A stretch of DNA of 32,000 bases from Mycobacterium leprae TN (GTDB taxonomy: Bacteria > Actinomycetota > Actinomycetes > Mycobacteriales > Mycobacteriaceae). Made by a program: the position numbers and the translations under genes. The DNA is taken from NCBI RefSeq assembly GCF_000195855.1, contig NC_002677.1, forward strand, positions 2,610,001 to 2,642,000, given 5' to 3'. The notes under the pieces were generated by a model. The model ran no database searches. It was not told the DNA's origin and worked only from the letters and a program-made list of their open reading frames with translations. Positions 9,139 through 23,263 of the stretch are shown piece by piece. The stretch's first letter is position 1. Each line of letters starts with the position of its first letter.

Positions 9139-9327
9139 ATGGGCCGAGGACGTGCTAAGGCGAAGCAGACCAAGGTTGCTCGAGAACTTAAATACAGCTC
9201 CCCGCAGACCGACTTCCAGCGGCTTCAGCGCGAGCTATCAAGTACAGGTGCCGCCGATCCCGGCCAGCTGGACGGAGACGACCGGGTGAGTGAAGACTCA
9301 TGGGATGAGGACGCCTGGCGCCGCTAG
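9139..9327 (+). CDS. DUF3073 protein (Rv0810c-type)
   Basis: 62 aa MGRGRAKAKQTKVARELKYSSPQTDFQRLQREL...WDEDAWRR, a conserved small actinobacterial protein. Confidence 0.88.
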   Translation: MGRGRAKAKQTKVARELKYSSPQTDFQRLQRELSSTGAADPGQLDGDDRVSEDSWDEDAWRR

Positions 9328-9370
9328 CACTCCCAACTCTGTCGTGCCGATGTATTCCGCATCGGCACGG

Positions 9371-9398
9371 TGTTAGTGTTAGTTTTAGTGTTACTGTT
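9371..9398. repeat. Degenerate TGTTAG hexamer tandem repeat (about 4.7 units)
   Basis: TGTTAG TGTTAG TTTTAG TGTTAC TGTT, just beyond the 3' end of purM. Confidence 0.7.
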
Positions 9399-9420
9399 CG
9401 TTTCAGTTAAGCGCAGTTCA

Positions 9421-10515
9421 TTAGAATCTCGGGTGTTGTCCGACCAGTTTTGCCCGTGGGCCTACTTTGCTGCCTTTGCAGACAGTGCCCAGCACCCAGC
9501 AGTCCAAGTGACGTGCGGTCAATATCGCCAAAGCACGGTCAGTATCTTCAGGCGCGACCACGGCGATCATGCCGACGCCCATGTTGAACGTCTTTTCCAT
9601 CTCTTCACGCGCGACCCTGCCACGCTGGGCTATCATGGCGAACACCGGTGCAGGTGTCCACGTGCCGCGGTCAACTTCGGCGACCAATCCGTGTGGGATA
9701 ACGCGTTGAAGATTGCCGGCCAGCCCGCCGCCGGTAACGTGACAGAAGGTACGGACGTGAGTTTCGGCCGCCAATGCCAGACAGTCCTTGGCGTAGATGC
9801 GGGTGGGCTCCAATAGCTCTTCGCCCAGGGTGCGACCGAACTCCTCCACATAACCGGCCAGGTTCATCCGATCGATCTCGAGTAGGACCGAGCGAGCCAG
9901 CGAGTATCCGTTGGAATGGAGACCCGAAGACCTCAGCGCGATGATTACGTCACCGGGTTTGACACGATCTGGCCCCAGGGTATCGTCGGCTTCCACAACA
10001 CCGACGCCGGTCGCCGCGATGTCGTAGTGGTCGACTTCCATCAGACCAGGGTGTTCTGCGGTCTCACCACCCAGTAACGCACAGCCCGCGAGCATGCACC
10101 CCTCGGCAATACCGTCGACGATCGCGCTCAGTCGTTCCGGCACCGTTCGGCCGACAGCAATGTAGTCCTGCAAAAACAGTGGCTCAGCGCCACAGACCAC
10201 CAGGTCGTCGACCACCATCGCCACCAGGTCCAAGCCAACGGTGTCGTGCTTATCCATCGCCTGAGCGACTGCCAGCTTGGTACCAACACCGTCGGTGGAA
10301 GCCGCTAACACCGGTTCGCGGTAGCCGCTGCGTAGAGCGAACAACCCAGCGAATCCTCCTAGACCTCCAAGCACCTCGGTTCTGATGGCCTTAACTGCCA
10401 TCGGCTTGAACAACTCGACCGAGCGGTCACCGGCTTCAATGTCCACCCCTGTCGACGCATAGGTGATGCCATGATTGCCCAGCTGGCCTCCGGGGCTTTT
10501 TCCGGGATCCATCAT
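9421..10515 (-). CDS. purM: Phosphoribosylformylglycinamidine cyclo-ligase
   Basis: GGFAGLFAL...ASTDGVGTKLAVAQ...DLVAMVVDDLVVCGAEPLFLQDYIAVG...GGETAEHPG...HVTGGGLAGNLQRVIP. Confidence 0.95.
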   Translation of the reverse strand: MMDPGKSPGGQLGNHGITYASTGVDIEAGDRSVELFKPMAVKAIRTEVLGGLGGFAGLFALRSGYREPVLAASTDGVGTKLAVAQAMDKHDTVGLDLVAMVVDDLVVCGAEPLFLQDYIAVGRTVPERLSAIVDGIAEGCMLAGCALLGGETAEHPGLMEVDHYDIAATGVGVVEADDTLGPDRVKPGDVIIALRSSGLHSNGYSLARSVLLEIDRMNLAGYVEEFGRTLGEELLEPTRIYAKDCLALAAETHVRTFCHVTGGGLAGNLQRVIPHGLVAEVDRGTWTPAPVFAMIAQRGRVAREEMEKTFNMGVGMIAVVAPEDTDRALAILTARHLDCWVLGTVCKGSKVGPRAKLVGQHPRF

Positions 10516-10614
10516 CGCGATAAAGGCTACCGGTCGTCACTCACAGTCGGAATCAGGTACTACATTTGAACGGTTGCCCACCAAGCACCCCGTGCTGCCG
10601 GGACTCACATCGTG

Positions 10615-12285
10615 TCAACGCCAAACGCAATTTTCGTCCGCATCGACTGGGACCTGATCAGCAGCAAGATCGCGTAGCCCGGCTCCACGCGCCGCATTGG
10701 CAAGCATGTGCTCGATGACATTTTTGCCTAACATGGCTTCACTGGGCAGCTCGATCGGATACCTACCGTCAAAGCAAGCGTAACACAGCCGCGAAGCGGG
10801 CTGCTCGGAAGCCGCAATCATGCCCCGCAGCGAGATGTAGCCCAGTGTGTCGGCACCGATGCCCTGCCGTACCGCCTCGAGCATCTCCTCCTCGTCTGCG
10901 ACGACGTTAGCGATCAATTCGGCCGGCGATGGGAAGTCGATGCCGTAAAAACAGGGCCACTTCACCGGTGGTGAAGCGATGCGCACGTGCAGCTCGACGG
11001 CACCGGCCTCGCGCAGCATCCGCACCAGAGCGCGTTGGGTGTTCCCCCGCACAACCGAGTCGTCGACAACAATCAGCCGCTTGCCGCGGATTACCTCTTT
11101 AAGCGGATTGAGCTTCAGCCGGATGCCCAGTTGACGGATGGTTTGCGACGGTTGGATGAATGTGCGTCCAACATATGCATTCTTCATCAGACCCTGCCCG
11201 TAAGAGATGCCGGATTCCTGCGCGTATCCCACTGCGGCGGGAGTGCCTGATTCGGGCACACCGATCACCAAGTCGGCCTCGACCGGGCATTCGCGGGCAA
11301 GTCGACGACCGATCTCCACCCGAGTGCCGTGCACCGACCGTCCGGCCAGCGTGCTGTCGGGCCGTGCCAGGTAAACGTACTCAAAAACACAACCCTTGGG
11401 CGTAGGGTTGGCGAAACGAGTGGACCGTACTCCGTCGGCGTCGATCGCCAGCAATTCGCCCGGCTCGATGTCGCGGACAAACGAGGCGCCGACAATGTCG
11501 AGCCCCGCCGTTTCAGAAGCCACCACCCAGCCGCGATCCAGTCGTCCGAGCGACAGCGGCCGTACTCCATACGGGTCCCGGCAGGCATAGAGGGTGTTTT
11601 CGTCCATGAATGTCAGGCAGAACGCACCCCGCACGGTCGGCAGCAGTTCCAGCGCAGCCTGTTCCAGGGTCGAGTCGGCCGCACCGTGGGCTAACAGCGC
11701 GCCCAGGATGTCGGAGTCCGTTGTCGCTGGGGCCGGGCAGCGTTTTGCTATCAACCCCGCGTCGCGGGCACGTGCGGCAAGCTCGGCAGTGTTGACCAGG
11801 TTTCCGTTGTGCCCCAACGCAACCCCGGATCCGGCAGCGATGTTGCGGAAAACAGGCTGGGCATTTTCCCAGGTGGTGTCGCCGGTGGTGGAGTAGCGGC
11901 AATGACCGATGGCAACGTGACCCTCCATCGCCGCCAATGTCTGCTCGTCGAACACTTGACTAACTAAGCCAAGGTCTTTGAAGACCAACACCTGCGATCC
12001 ATCAGCGACAGCGATCCCCGCAGCTTCCTGGCCGCGATGCTGCAACGCGTATAGACCGAAATAAGTGAGTTTGGCGACTAGTTCACCCGGAGCCCAGACC
12101 CCGAACACACCGCACTCTTCGCGGGGCGAGCTGAAATCCCGCCCGGGTTGCTGGACGGTCACGATTGGGCAGCTCCCTAGGGCGCAGTTGGTGACGCAAC
12201 GGAGTCTACGGCCAGCACGGCCCAGTCGACGAATCTGTGGCACGTGTTTAGGTGCCCGGACACCTACCCCGACAGCCAAACACAC
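10615..12285 (-). CDS. purF: Amidophosphoribosyltransferase
   Basis: CGVFGVWAPGE...ALQHRGQEAAGIAV...GHCRYSTTG...LIVVDDSVVRGNTQRALVRMLREAGA. N-terminal start uncertain; an internal GTG (VTNCALG...) is possible. Confidence 0.95.
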   Translation of the reverse strand: MCLAVGVGVRAPKHVPQIRRLGRAGRRLRCVTNCALGSCPIVTVQQPGRDFSSPREECGVFGVWAPGELVAKLTYFGLYALQHRGQEAAGIAVADGSQVLVFKDLGLVSQVFDEQTLAAMEGHVAIGHCRYSTTGDTTWENAQPVFRNIAAGSGVALGHNGNLVNTAELAARARDAGLIAKRCPAPATTDSDILGALLAHGAADSTLEQAALELLPTVRGAFCLTFMDENTLYACRDPYGVRPLSLGRLDRGWVVASETAGLDIVGASFVRDIEPGELLAIDADGVRSTRFANPTPKGCVFEYVYLARPDSTLAGRSVHGTRVEIGRRLARECPVEADLVIGVPESGTPAAVGYAQESGISYGQGLMKNAYVGRTFIQPSQTIRQLGIRLKLNPLKEVIRGKRLIVVDDSVVRGNTQRALVRMLREAGAVELHVRIASPPVKWPCFYGIDFPSPAELIANVVADEEEMLEAVRQGIGADTLGYISLRGMIAASEQPASRLCYACFDGRYPIELPSEAMLGKNVIEHMLANAARGAGLRDLAADQVPVDADENCVWR

Positions 12286-12296
12286 AGTTTAGCCAA

Positions 12297-12692
12297 CTAC
12301 GTACAGCGTAGATTGATTAATGGCATCCACACCTCGATGTCACCGGCACGCGAGCCAGACATACGCAGCGCACCGGTCGCCACCGCCTCCACTAGCTGCA
12401 TCAGCCCGGTCGCAACCAGCAGCCACGTCCGCGAATCAGTCTCGACGACATTGGGTGGCGTCCCACGAGTGTGGCTGGGTCCAGAAACACACTGCACCGC
12501 CACGTACGGCGGGATCCGGACCTCGACGCTGGCCCCGGGGGCCAGCGTCGCCAGGGTGCGCACAGTAAGCCGAACCGCCGTAGCCACAGCGTCCCGGTCG
12601 GGCGCCGGCAAGGTTCTGTCCTTCAGCCAGTCCGCAAGCGCAAGGACGGCTTGCCGAGTCTTTGCCGGATCGGCTCTATCACAAACGGCCAT
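12297..12692 (-). CDS. Sterol-carrier-fold (bacterial SCP) family protein, Rv0807-type
   Basis: 131-aa ORF VCDRADPAKTRQAVLALADWLKD...ATAVRLTVRTLATLAPGASVEVRIPPYVAVQC...; position next to purF. Confidence 0.75.
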   Translation of the reverse strand: MAVCDRADPAKTRQAVLALADWLKDRTLPAPDRDAVATAVRLTVRTLATLAPGASVEVRIPPYVAVQCVSGPSHTRGTPPNVVETDSRTWLLVATGLMQLVEAVATGALRMSGSRAGDIEVWMPLINLRCT

Positions 12693-12821
12693 AGCCTAGA
12701 GTCTCAGCATCATGGATGCGTCGTTGTTTGGGGTCGCACCCAATCCATACAAGGGCATCGGCCTAGTGTCACTAAAATGATAGCATTTATCGTGCTGAGC
12801 GTACATTTATTTGCGACTTCG

Positions 12822-13925
12822 TGAGGATGTGACGCTGAAGACGCAGTTGACGGCAGTGGATTCACGGGCGAGTTTGATGATAGCTCCAGATTCATACAGT
12901 CACCTACCACAAGGCCGAGATCGGCCGGGTGACCAGCATCTCCGAGAGAGAACCAGACGGTACCTGGCGACCAAATTCATGCTGGAGATGGATCCTAAGA
13001 ACCTCGGGCTAATCCCAGGGAACCTCGTGGTCAACATCAAGGTAGCCACCGTGTTCGGTGGTAAGTACGTTTCGTTCACGTCGCCGCAGTCCGCACCGCT
13101 GCTACCCATCACTCCACCCCAAGTGATTGACGCGACGTCGACCACCACGGAGATCAATTAGGTTGTTCGATACGTCAACGGAAATCATCGAGAAGGTTGA
13201 TCCGGTCAAGCTGAACCTGACACTGAACGCAGCCGCCGAAGCACCGAGCAGGCTGGGCGACAAGGTCGGTGCCACACTCATCGACGGCAACGTGCTCCTC
13301 GATGACGTGAACCTCCAGCTACCCCAAAACCAGGCTAAAAAAACAACGGCTGGCGGAACTGGGTGACCATTTACCCCAACGCCGCACCGGACGTGTGGGT
13401 TGCTATTAGCCAGGCAATGACCACGGCGCACACCATCAACCACCAGCAACGCTATCTGGATGACGTGCTGTTAGCGGCTACCGGATTCGGCAACATGGGC
13501 GGAATAGATATTCGAACAGAGCGAGTCATACCTGGCGCGTGGTACCCTCGATCTGGGCATCTTCAGCCAGCTGCCTAACATGGTATGGTCCCGAAATTTT
13601 TGCACCATTCGCAATTTCGCCGAAGTCGCGCCCAAGCGTGCACAACACGCTCGACAATAACAGCTACGCGCTGGGAGCCAACGCTTCGGGCGCCAGTGCC
13701 GGGTCGCTTAACCCGTACACCTCTCTGGAGAACCTGCCCCGAACCAACGCCCGGGGGTGGCTCCAGTAGCAAACCGAGCTGTTGGCAAACGGATCACCCG
13801 TGAACCCTGGCATGCCCCTGCTCGTGCCGTACACCGGCGTGAACTTAGCCCCATACAACACACTTCGAGCCCGGTTCACCGCTAGCGGTCGAATACGTGT
13901 AGGTCCGCCCATTGGGTGACAAACA
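12822..13925 (+). pseudogene. Mce family (MceA-like) pseudogene
   Basis: Broken frames with Mce hallmarks: MDPKNLGLIPGNLVVNIKVATVFGGKYVSF, VIDATSTTTEIN, VDPVKLNLTLNAAAEAPSRLGDKVGATLIDGNVLLDDVNLQLPQ, YPNAAPDVW...QQRYLDDVLLAATGFGN, YALGANASG..NPYTSLENLPRTNARG. Confidence 0.88.
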
Positions 13926-14323
13926 CCATCAACCCGTGAAAATTTCTATGCTGCGGCGAATTCAACCGTAACAAGCCAATAACGCCTGAATCTGGACGCC
14001 CCCGAAAGACCCAGACCATGGGCCCTGGCGTACATCAACCCACTGCCACGACAGTCCCGCATACCCCTGCGCTAGACTGAGGATAGTGAAGCGAGAATTC
14101 TTCCACTCGAAACTAAATTTGATATGGCATAGTTGTAACCGAACGGTTGCCCGCAGGTAACTAAGCCTTGCTGTTTTGCAAGAGATATCGACCAGCCGGC
14201 ACCATATAGATTGCGAGACCCCGTTGCCTGCGTATCCCCAGAATACCTAGTCCTGCGCCGATGTGTGGTCTGTGAGATTCCCTCGGTGCCGTGGTTAGAC
14301 TATTTCACTAAGGCGGTGTTTCG

Positions 14324-15952
14324 ATGAGCAAGATTGTTTCATGCGAAGACGATCGGCCCGTGCGGCGCACCCTTGAACCCATCATTGTTACCCGGCAGGG
14401 AAAGGTTGCCCGGCTCGAGTCCAGTTTGACCCCGCACGAAGCACAGATCGAAGATTTGATCTTTCTGCGAAAGGCGTTGAACCGGGCTGATATTCCTTTC
14501 CTATTTATCCGCAACCACAAAAACCGGCCCGTTCTTGCCATCAACATCAAACTGCGCCCCGCGGTCGAACGCGCGCTCGTCACCGCGTGTGCCAGCGAAC
14601 CTATGTACGCCAAAACAATAGACGAACGCGGGCTTTCTCCCGTGCTAGTGGCCAAAGGTCAATTATCGCAGTCGATCGATCCACGCATCGTGCGGTTGTA
14701 TCGACGAAGGATTGCACCGGGAGGATTTCGGTTCGGTTCGAGGTTCGGTGTCGAACTGCAGTTCTGGTCCTTCGAGGAGACCCTGATCCGCTGCCCGGTG
14801 GAAAACTCCCTGACCCGCAAAGTGCTACCACGCAAAGAAGTAACACCGGCTACCATCAAGCTCTACGGGTACAAATGGCATACCATTGAGGGGATGTTCA
14901 CCCCGCACGCGAGTGACGTCACGTTTGACATCGATCTGGTGTTCTCGTGGGTCGACGGTAGTGATCCAGAATTTCGAGCACGTCGGGCAGCCGAAATGTC
15001 GCACCACGTAGTAGGTGAAGGCGACGACGCCGACGCGCGGATCCGACAGATCGACGAGTTGAAATACGCCTTGCGGTCGGTGAACATGTTTGCTCCATGG
15101 ATCCGGCGCATCTTCATCGCGACAGATTCGATCCCGCCGTCATGGTTAGCCGATCACCCAATGATCACAATTGTCCCCGCGGAGGACCATTTTTCAGATA
15201 GGTCGGCATTGCCAACCTACAACTCACACGCGGTGGAAAGCCAGCTACACCGGATACCCGACCTCAGCGAGCATTTCCTGTACTCCAATGACGACATGTT
15301 TTTCGGTCGCCCACTCAAAGCAAGCATGTTCTTCTCCCCGGGCGGAGTGACCAGGTTCATCGAAGCCAAGACCCGTATAGGATTAGGCACTAACGATCCA
15401 ACGCGCAGTGGCTTCGAGAATGCGGCCCGGGTTAACCGCCAACTCCTCTTACGGCGATTTGGACAACTGATTACGCGTCATCTAGAACACACCACGGTTC
15501 CGCTACGCAAGAGCGTGCTGTTCGAGATGGAACAAGAATTCCCGGAAGAATTCGCTCGGACCCAGGAAAGTGTGTTCCGGTCCGGAACAGATATATCTGT
15601 TACCAATTCGCTCTACCATTACTACGCGCTGATAACTGGACGCGCTGTCCAACAAGAAAAAGCCAAAGTTCTGTACGTGGACACCACTTCGTACACAGGC
15701 CTCAACTTACTTCCCGAACTGCGGAAACGTCGCAACTACGACTTTTTCTGCCTCAACGACGGTAGTTTCCCCGAAGTCCCCGCAACGGAGCGTGCCGAAC
15801 GGGTCGTCAGTTTTCTGGAACGCTACTTTCCAATACCGGCACCCTGGGAAAAGGTCGCCACGGACTTCAATCGCCAAGACTTTGCGTCACCGACGGTGTC
15901 AGCACCATTGGAGGATGGGCAAACAGCGAATCCCGCCCAGACGGCTCGATAA
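14324..15952 (+). CDS. cpsY: Stealth-family sugar-phosphate transferase (CpsY/Rv0806c-type)
   Basis: [95 protein letters not shown]: Stealth conserved regions. Confidence 0.92.
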   Translation: MSKIVSCEDDRPVRRTLEPIIVTRQGKVARLESSLTPHEAQIEDLIFLRKALNRADIPFLFIRNHKNRPVLAINIKLRPAVERALVTACASEPMYAKTIDERGLSPVLVAKGQLSQSIDPRIVRLYRRRIAPGGFRFGSRFGVELQFWSFEETLIRCPVENSLTRKVLPRKEVTPATIKLYGYKWHTIEGMFTPHASDVTFDIDLVFSWVDGSDPEFRARRAAEMSHHVVGEGDDADARIRQIDELKYALRSVNMFAPWIRRIFIATDSIPPSWLADHPMITIVPAEDHFSDRSALPTYNSHAVESQLHRIPDLSEHFLYSNDDMFFGRPLKASMFFSPGGVTRFIEAKTRIGLGTNDPTRSGFENAARVNRQLLLRRFGQLITRHLEHTTVPLRKSVLFEMEQEFPEEFARTQESVFRSGTDISVTNSLYHYYALITGRAVQQEKAKVLYVDTTSYTGLNLLPELRKRRNYDFFCLNDGSFPEVPATERAERVVSFLERYFPIPAPWEKVATDFNRQDFASPTVSAPLEDGQTANPAQTAR

Positions 15953-16832
15953 ACAGCCCGCTTTCGGCGATATCGCGTCGCGCCTGCGCAGGAGAAACAA
16001 AGGTGCCCACCATGTTTCCGATCCCAAGTGGAATAACAGAGTGCACCACTGTATCTTGGTAGACGTGCACAAGATTGCAGCCCTGAGCACCATCTCGACC
16101 GCGCGCTCCGCCGGCGACAACTGTTAGATCTTGAGTGTAGCAGGTCGCCGAGGCGACTGATACCGGAATTCCGACGAAGGTGGCATTCGTCGAGTAATGC
16201 AGGTGACCGGCCAAAATGGCACGAATATCGCTACCCTTGAGCACCCGCCCAAGCGAAGCCTGGTCGCGTAGTTCCACCGTTACGGCCATGTCTAAGACAC
16301 TTGGAATCGGCGGATGGTGTAAGGCCAGGATGGTGCCATCCGGTGCTGAGGTTGTCAACTCGTCGGCAAGCCAATCTAATTGCGATGCACTGATTTCTCC
16401 GTAATGACGTCCCGGCACCGACGTATCCAAGGTGATGACCCGTAGTCCGTCGACCCTGCGTACGCCATCCAACGGCGCCATGGAGGGCGCCTCATCCAGC
16501 AACAACGTGCGTAATGCTACCCGGTTATCATGGTTGCCCATCACCCAGAAGAGTTCGGCATCCAGCTCGGTAGCGAACGACTCAACCAAGCATCGAAGCT
16601 TTCGGTATGCCTCTGGCTCGCCCCGATCGGCCAAATCGCCGGTAAAGATGATTGCGTCGGGACGCAGTTGGGAGTGCTTTAACTGCTCGAGCAGTTCGCC
16701 GAGCCGGCTGTCGGCGTCGACCGCCCCGTAGAGAGAGCCGTCCGAAATAAGATGCGTGTCGCTGATGTGCAGAAGAACATAATCCGGCCGCGGATGCTCC
16801 GCGGCCCTGAGTCTATGCACCGAAGGTGCCAA
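15867..16832 (-). CDS. cpdA: Cyclic-nucleotide phosphodiesterase (Rv0805/CpdA-type metallophosphoesterase)
   Basis: [53 protein letters not shown]: complete class III metallophosphoesterase signature. Confidence 0.9.
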   Translation of the reverse strand: MAPSVHRLRAAEHPRPDYVLLHISDTHLISDGSLYGAVDADSRLGELLEQLKHSQLRPDAIIFTGDLADRGEPEAYRKLRCLVESFATELDAELFWVMGNHDNRVALRTLLLDEAPSMAPLDGVRRVDGLRVITLDTSVPGRHYGEISASQLDWLADELTTSAPDGTILALHHPPIPSVLDMAVTVELRDQASLGRVLKGSDIRAILAGHLHYSTNATFVGIPVSVASATCYTQDLTVVAGGARGRDGAQGCNLVHVYQDTVVHSVIPLGIGNMVGTFVSPAQARRDIAESGLFIEPSGRDSLFAHPPMVLTPSVTQSLGD

Positions 16833-16952
16833 CCCCTTCCATGATTAATTGGCTTTACATAAATGTAACATTCAGTGTAGCTTGCTCCGACAAGCAACTA
16901 CGGGCACTTGAAGCCGTTCCACCACGCTAACCTCAATTTTTCGCGGCCCAAC

Positions 16953-19253
<2,301 letters not shown>

Positions 19254-19339
19254 CTAGTCTAGATTCTCCGTCGCCTTAGCTCGCGTGGGAGACCCGCAAC
19301 AAAAATCAGGTGGTACTGCCCAGCGTGGTCCAGATAATG

Positions 19340-19933
<594 letters not shown>

Positions 19934-20068
19934 TTAGTGGCCCGCCGTCGTCTAACGTGCGGCCAGCTGCACGTTAGTGCACGACCCCAACGGGCTACCT
20001 TCGCTGGATCGCCGCACTGGAATGTGACCATCTCCACGTTGAGCGCTATATCAGCAGAACCTATGCCT

Positions 20069-21400
20069 TTAGAACAAATCGGCAGAAAAGAACGCCTGCA
20101 GCGCGGCAGAGTAGACAGCCACGTCGTGAGCACCCATCAATTCCCGTGCCGAGTGCATCGCAAGTTGGGCAGCACCGACATCGACGGTGGGAATACCGGT
20201 CCGAGCCGAAGCCAGTGGCCCGATCGTCGAACCACACGGCCGGTCGGCGCGGTGCTCGTAACGCTGCAATCTGACCCCGGCTTGCTGGCAGGCCACCTCG
20301 AACGCAGCTGCCGTGCGCCCATCGGTGGCATACCGCAGATTCGGGTGCACCTTGAGCACCGGGCCCGCGTTGACCTCAATGAGATGGCTGGGTTCGTGAC
20401 ACTCCGGGTAATTCGGGTGGGTGGCGTGCGCCATATCGGCTGAGACCAACAGCGAAGCGGGCAACCGTCGCAGGTAGTCGTCCCGGCCGCCACCGGCCGC
20501 TAGCACGATACGTTCCAAAACAGTGCTCAGCAGGTTTGACCGTGCACCACGGTCTGAGGTCGAACCCACTTCCTCATGGTCAAAGAGCGCCAACACGGGG
20601 AGGCAGTCGTGCGGCACCGAGGCCAGTAAAGCCTCCATGCCCGCATAGCAGCTGACCTGGTTATCCAGCCGGGGTGCACTGAGCAGGTTGGCATCGGCAC
20701 CGATCACCATCGACGGGACCAGATCATGCGTCATCAAGTCGACAGCCAACACGTCGGCCACAGCCACTCCGGTGCGCTCAGCAACGTACTCCAACAACGA
20801 CCCAGCTTTGTCGCCGACACCCCATACCGCGTTTACATGACGCTGCGGATCCAAGGTGAGCGACTTGCGATCCTCGGCTAAATGGATGGCCAACTGCGGC
20901 ACCCGCAGAATCGGATCGTCTATCCGAACAAGCCGATCGGTGATCTCGGAACCTTTACCCGCTGAGCGCACCGATAACCGCCCACTGACACCCAGATCGC
21001 GATCCAGCCAGGAGTTGAGCCAAGCTCCCCCATAGGGCTGCAATGCGACCACCCGCCAGCCGGCGACCAGCAGGTCCGGATGCTGCTTTACTCGCAAATT
21101 CGGGCTGTCGGTATGCGCACCCACTATGCGAAACGGGGCGTGTGCCTTGACGCCCTGACCCGCACTCCAAGCGACCAGAGAGCCAGCGCGGACGATGAAG
21201 TATCGGCCCGGATGGTCCGGCCAACGCTCGACCTCACTGAGTTCGGCGTAACCGGCGTCGAGTAGCCGACCGGCCACGGTAGCGCAGACATGAAACGGCG
21301 AGGGGGACGCGTTGATGAATTCGCAGAGGTCTGCAGCGCTAGCCGGCATGCCCAACATCATGGCTGTCGGTGACGACGTGGTCGACGCAAGGGTCGGCAT
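20069..21400 (-). CDS. pepC: M18 family aminopeptidase (Rv0800/PepC-type)
   Basis: [64 protein letters not shown]. Start may be internal ([11 protein letters not shown], 21346). Confidence 0.88.
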   Translation of the reverse strand: MPTLASTTSSPTAMMLGMPASAADLCEFINASPSPFHVCATVAGRLLDAGYAELSEVERWPDHPGRYFIVRAGSLVAWSAGQGVKAHAPFRIVGAHTDSPNLRVKQHPDLLVAGWRVVALQPYGGAWLNSWLDRDLGVSGRLSVRSAGKGSEITDRLVRIDDPILRVPQLAIHLAEDRKSLTLDPQRHVNAVWGVGDKAGSLLEYVAERTGVAVADVLAVDLMTHDLVPSMVIGADANLLSAPRLDNQVSCYAGMEALLASVPHDCLPVLALFDHEEVGSTSDRGARSNLLSTVLERIVLAAGGGRDDYLRRLPASLLVSADMAHATHPNYPECHEPSHLIEVNAGPVLKVHPNLRYATDGRTAAAFEVACQQAGVRLQRYEHRADRPCGSTIGPLASARTGIPTVDVGAAQLAMHSARELMGAHDVAVYSAALQAFFSADLF

Positions 21401-22321
21401 AGTAACTCCGTTTCAGCTGCAATCCATACTTGCGCCGGTGACGTCTACCGCGATCTTCCTTGGAGTCACCATCGACATTAGCGGCGAGGCAACTGTGCAC
21501 GACACGCTGTCTGAACGGTCCGGATTAATCTGCGTAATAGCTTCCGCGAAGCTACCAACCACTTATCACTGGTGACTCCGAATCTGTTCTGACGCCTGGA
21601 ATCGACTGTTTGGCGGCTCTAGGCCCACAGAACTGCATCCACTCGTCCAGAACTGGCCAGACTACAGCACACCTGCTCAGCGACATACGGAGACATGTTG
21701 TTTGACGTTCGTGCCGATACGATGGACGTATGTTTGGAGCTGGCCTGCCACGTAACTGAAAGTCAATGGCAAGTGTAGTCACCATTGTAGACAACGGTAC
21801 ACAGCTTCCAATTCTTGGACAAAATCTACCTGTTGTTTTTTGTCGACTGCACCGAAAACCCCTACGATGCAATCGTTATCAGCACCAGCGCGATCGGCGA
21901 AGAAGATCCCGACTTCGCCAGCTCATGCTACGTTAACGCGCAGAAGTTAAGTTCACGACATACGGTCGTGGGAGTCCCTGTCAGTCACCAATACAATAAC
22001 CGGTGATCTGCCGCAACAAGCTGGAAGACATCGAGCTCAACAATGACGTGAAGCCAATTCGCAGCTGACGCAGTAGGCTCACTTAGCCGAGCGGCTTCTT
22101 CGAACAACCGGTCAGTGTACCCGATAACGAGGCAAGCGTGCGAGAGTAAGGACAGCTCCATGGTCGGTCACCACGACGCCGGTGGGCTTGCGCTCGAATA
22201 GTTACAGAACCAACGTCTACTCCAGCCGTCGCACTCCCGGAGAAACCGGTGGCTGAGTCCACTCCCAAAGCGTCGGCAGCGCGACCAAAGTAGCATTTGC
22301 TCGGTGACGGCGCTAAAGTAG
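21400..22321 (+). pseudogene. DyP-type heme peroxidase (Rv0799c-type) pseudogene
   Basis: LQSILAPVTSTAIFLGVTIDISGEATVHDTLSERSGL, ADTMDVCLELA, MDKIYLLFFVDCTENPYDAIVISTSAIGEEDPDFASSCYVNAQK (degenerate GFVDGTEN motif), KLEDIELNNDVKP; multiple frameshifts. Confidence 0.85.
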
Positions 22322-23263
22322 CGCAAATGCCTGATCAGGTTTACGGATCAAATGAACCTTTCCACGTCCATTGCAGGCAATAATTGTGCTTCCTTAACCC
22401 TGCTTAAAAGCAGTTATATACATTGGCTATCACACTATAACCGGTTTAGCGAAATAGTCGCATAGCCAGATTCCGTGCTTGACCACCCCGTCACGACCAA
22501 AACCAAAATCTGTGTCGGTCGGTGACACGTACAGACGCAAGACATAGAGGTTGTTAGCCATGGATATATGCGAGATACCGCATAGGGCTAGACTGTCATA
22601 GCCTCGGTGGGACTCAGTTGGTCAACCGATCCCCAACACTTGATCGGTCTGATCTGCAAAGGCCTGATGACCGGTCTGATAGCGGCTACGGCGGCGGCAG
22701 TATTGGCGTACTGCCATACCCTAGTGCAGGGAGGGTCCAAGCCAACTCTGGTAAGCCCCGACGGAGCGTTGACTGCCCCTGGCTCGGTCGACGCGCTGCC
22801 ACACTGGCGCCCCTGTTATCAGACCCTGAATTAGGCACTTGACAGGCCAAGTGGCCACGCGATGACCGGGCGGCTCTTTGTGGACGCAAGACGAGCGGGC
22901 ACCGATACAGCCCACATCAACCACTAAGCTGCTGATCGCAGGCACTGCTCACGCTCGATCGCGATGCTCAGCTCTTCACACGTATCGTTATCCCCGCCCG
23001 AGTCAGCAGGCCAGGACTGATCATGTTAATCGGTGGAGGTGATTCCAGCCTTCTCGGCGGCACCACCTGATCAGCAAAGTTAGCTTGCCGACGCAGCACA
23101 CACCGGCAACCTAGCCCAGCGGGTTCGTCGCAGCGGCTTCACCCCCGACCTCGATACAGGTGGACACGTCGCAGTTCTCCAACGCCGAAATGGCTCCCAG
23201 CTGGGACCTCGCCGATATCGACGAGGTTACATCGCACCTAATCGAATTCAGTTATACTCGATA

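Noticed and set aside
9077-9289. ORF MIGAVYLLDRSVISRREGVPPWAEDVLRRS...
   Set aside because: Different frame overlapping the conserved DUF3073 gene (9139-9327), which has clear family character.
9371-9398. CRISPR-like or telomere-like array
   Set aside because: Unit is only 6 bp with no spacers; a simple degenerate microsatellite.
9370-9816. 148-aa plus-strand ORF (MLVLVLVLLFVSVKRSS...)
   Set aside because: Antisense to purM; the hydrophobic start is the TGTTAG repeat and the rest mirrors purM codons.
19937-20443. 168-aa plus-strand ORF
   Set aside because: Antisense to the 3' half of the M18 aminopeptidase gene.
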